DNA of 64,000 nt from an uncultured Gammaproteobacteria bacterium (GTDB taxonomy: Bacteria > Pseudomonadota > Gammaproteobacteria > CAWCPV01), in contig CAWCPV010000003.1 in NCBI GenBank assembly GCA_963797555.1, forward strand, positions 512,001-576,000, read 5' to 3'. Under the pieces are notes generated by a model. The model searched no databases and was not told the origin of the DNA. It saw only the letters and a program-made list of their open reading frames with translations. The translations under genes were made by a program, and so were the position numbers. Below, one piece after another: positions 61,851-64,000 of this stretch; positions within the stretch are counted from its first letter, which is position 1, and the number at the start of each line of letters is the position of its first letter.

Positions 61851-63023
61851 GTGAGCCACCGTCTCCGTCTCCTCGTCTCCATCCTTTGCGTCGCCTCTGC
61901 CGCAGCGGGCCTGATCTGGTACTACACCCGGCCCGAGCCGGTCGCGGTCGTCCTCAAGCCGGTGGAACGAGGCCGCGTCGAGGCCACCGTGGCCAATACC
62001 CGCGCCGGCACGGTGAAGGCCTGCCGGCGAGCACGGGTGTCGCCCGCGACCGGAGGCCAGGTGGCCAAGCTCGCCGTCCACGAGGGAGACCGCGTGCACG
62101 CCGGGCAGGTCCTGCTCGAGCTCTGGAACGACGACCTCGTGGCCCAGCTCCGGCTGGCAGAGAGCGAGGCGACCGCGTCGCGGGCCAAGTCCGAGGAGGC
62201 CTGCGTGCAGTCCGACATGGTCGAGCGCGAGGCCAAGCGGCAACTGCAGCTCAAGCGCAAGGGCCTGGTTTCCGAAGACGTCGTCGATCGGGCGGTGAGC
62301 GACGCCGCCGCGCACGCGGCCGCATGCCGCGCGGCCAAGGCCGCTGCCCAGGTCGGCGACGCGCGCATCGCCGTGATCCGAGCCGAGCTGGACCGCACCG
62401 TCCTCAAGGCCCCCTTCGACGGCGTGGTGGCCGAGCTCAACGCCAAGCTGGGTGAGTTCGTCACGCCCTCGCCGCTCGGCATCCCCACGCCCCCCGCCGT
62501 GGACCTCATCGACGATCGCTGCCCCTACGTGGAGGCTCCCATCGACGAGGTGGACTCCCACGCCATCCGTACCGGGCTGCCGGCCCGCGTCGCGCTGGAC
62601 GCCTTCCCCGGCCGGCGTTTCGAGGGCCGTGTGAGCCGCATCGCACCGTACGTCCTGGACATAGAGAAGCAGGCCAGGACCGTGGCGGTGGACGTCGACT
62701 TCGCCGACCCCGGCGAGACCACTGCCTTGCTGGCCGGGTACAGCGCCGACGTGGAAATTGTCCTGCAGACCCACGACAACGTGCTGCGCATTCCCACCGA
62801 AGCCGTCCTCGAAGGCCACAAGGTGCTGGTCTACAATCCGAAGACGAAGCGGCTGAAAGAGAGGACGATTCAGACCGGCCTCACCAACTGGGAGTTCACC
62901 GAGGTCCGCGCCGGGCTCACGCCCGGGGAGCGCGTCGTGGTGTCCGTGGGACGGGCTGGAGTCAAGGACGGCGCGCGGGTCAAGCCCGAGCAGCCCGCGC
63001 ACGCGGCCGCCGCGACGCGATGA
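61851..63023 (+). CDS. Efflux membrane-fusion protein (MacA-like)
   Basis: N-terminal TM, GGQVAKLAVHEGDRV, LKAPFDGVV. Confidence 0.92.
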   Translation: MSHRLRLLVSILCVASAAAGLIWYYTRPEPVAVVLKPVERGRVEATVANTRAGTVKACRRARVSPATGGQVAKLAVHEGDRVHAGQVLLELWNDDLVAQLRLAESEATASRAKSEEACVQSDMVEREAKRQLQLKRKGLVSEDVVDRAVSDAAAHAAACRAAKAAAQVGDARIAVIRAELDRTVLKAPFDGVVAELNAKLGEFVTPSPLGIPTPPAVDLIDDRCPYVEAPIDEVDSHAIRTGLPARVALDAFPGRRFEGRVSRIAPYVLDIEKQARTVAVDVDFADPGETTALLAGYSADVEIVLQTHDNVLRIPTEAVLEGHKVLVYNPKTKRLKERTIQTGLTNWEFTEVRAGLTPGERVVVSVGRAGVKDGARVKPEQPAHAAAATR

Positions 63024-63703
63024 TCGGGCTGCAAGGCGTGCACCGGGTGTTCCAGGTCGGGGAACAGGCGGTGCACGCTTTGAACGGCGTGACCCTGGCC
63101 GTGGAGCGGGGGGAGTACCTGTCCATCATGGGCCCCTCCGGCTCCGGGAAGTCCACCCTGCTGCACATCCTGGGACTGCTGGACCGCCCCACTGCCGGGC
63201 GCTACCTGCTGGACGGCGAGGATGTGACCTCGCTGTCCGAGGATGAGCTGGCACGCACGCGGCGGGAGCGCATCGGCTTCGTGTTCCAATTCTTCCATCT
63301 GGTACCGCGGCTCACCGCGGCCCAGAACGTCGAGCTTCCGCTCGTCCTGGCGGGGATGGCCGCGCCGGCGCGCCGGGAGCGCGTACTGCAAATCCTGCGC
63401 GCATACGGCCTGGCGGACCGCGCCGAGCACCAGCCGAGTCAGCTCTCCGGCGGACAGCGCCAGCGCGTCGCCATCGCTCGGGCCACGGTCATGGCGCCGC
63501 GCCTGATCCTCGCCGACGAGCCCACCGGCAACCTCGACCGGGCCGCAGGGGAAGACGTGATCCGACTGCTGGAGGGGCTGAACGAACAGGGCATCACCTT
63601 GGTGGTGGTGACGCACGACCCGCAGCTCGGCGGTCGCGCGCGCCGGGCGCTGCGCATGGTCGACGGACAGGTCGTCTCGGACAGCGGGGCGAAACTGACG
63701 TGA
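63020..63703 (+). CDS. ABC transporter ATP-binding protein (MacB/LolD-like)
   Basis: GPSGSGKST, LSGGQRQR, LADEPTGNLD. Confidence 0.95.
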   Translation: MIGLQGVHRVFQVGEQAVHALNGVTLAVERGEYLSIMGPSGSGKSTLLHILGLLDRPTAGRYLLDGEDVTSLSEDELARTRRERIGFVFQFFHLVPRLTAAQNVELPLVLAGMAAPARRERVLQILRAYGLADRAEHQPSQLSGGQRQRVAIARATVMAPRLILADEPTGNLDRAAGEDVIRLLEGLNEQGITLVVVTHDPQLGGRARRALRMVDGQVVSDSGAKLT

Positions 63704-64000
63704 GGCTGCAGGACGTGGTCCGCTTCGCGGTCCAGGCCGTCGCCGGATACCGGGTCCGCTCCGGGCTGATGCTCCTCGCCATGGCCATCGGCGTCGCGGC
63801 CGTCGTGGTCCTCACCGCTCTCGGGGAAGGCGCGCGCCGCTACGTAGCGCAGGAATTCTCCTCGCTCGGAACCAACCTCCTCATCGTCTTCCCGGGGCGC
63901 TCCGAGACGGTCGGCGGGCCGCCGCCCATCGTGGGGGAAACGTCGCGGGACCTGACCCTGGACGACGCCTTGGCTCTCCTGCGCAGCCGGGCCGTGCAGC
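63700..64000 (+). CDS. ABC transporter permease (MacB/FtsX-like), runs off window
   Basis: RVRSGLMLLAMAIGVAAVVVLTALGEG...FSSLGTNLLIVFPG. Confidence 0.88.
   Translation, partial: MRLQDVVRFAVQAVAGYRVRSGLMLLAMAIGVAAVVVLTALGEGARRYVAQEFSSLGTNLLIVFPGRSETVGGPPPIVGETSRDLTLDDALALLRSRAVQ

Overview
GC-rich, probably gammaproteobacterial chromosome segment. A ~54 kb accessory and defence region lies between the 3' end of mfd (1-550) and a housekeeping block (nrdJb, a two-intein nrdJ with NrdR boxes, a TatD-associated radical SAM gene, a DUF2249-hemerythrin gene and a MacAB-like ABC exporter; 54.7-64 kb). The accessory region has four parts. (i) A minus-strand BREX locus (brxE-brxA-brxB-brxC-pglX-pglZ-brxL, 0.75-18.9 kb). 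Its gene junctions and pglX coding sequence carry two families of 7-bp repeats, often as inverted pairs. Small genes are interspersed (four-helix-bundle x2, UPF0175 x3, DUF3368 x2, and hicAB inside a three-part pglX). (ii) A tRNA 3' fragment, IS remnants, and a kelch-protein / ATP-grasp operon. (iii) A degenerate group II intron containing ISAzo13, which contains ISL3, followed by four co-oriented IS91/ISCR oriIS ends around cargo (methanethiol oxidase mtoX + SCO-MauG, VOC, integrase remnant), then znuABC, GH17 and an ADH. (iv) Two probable R-M pairs, attC-like cassettes (HEPN-like, WYL), vapBC bounded by a duplication of the dam 3' end, dam and hicBA. Many genes at 1-40 kb are frameshifted; from sequence alone I cannot separate real decay from long-read consensus error. 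Family assignments come from motif recognition only, with no database searches.
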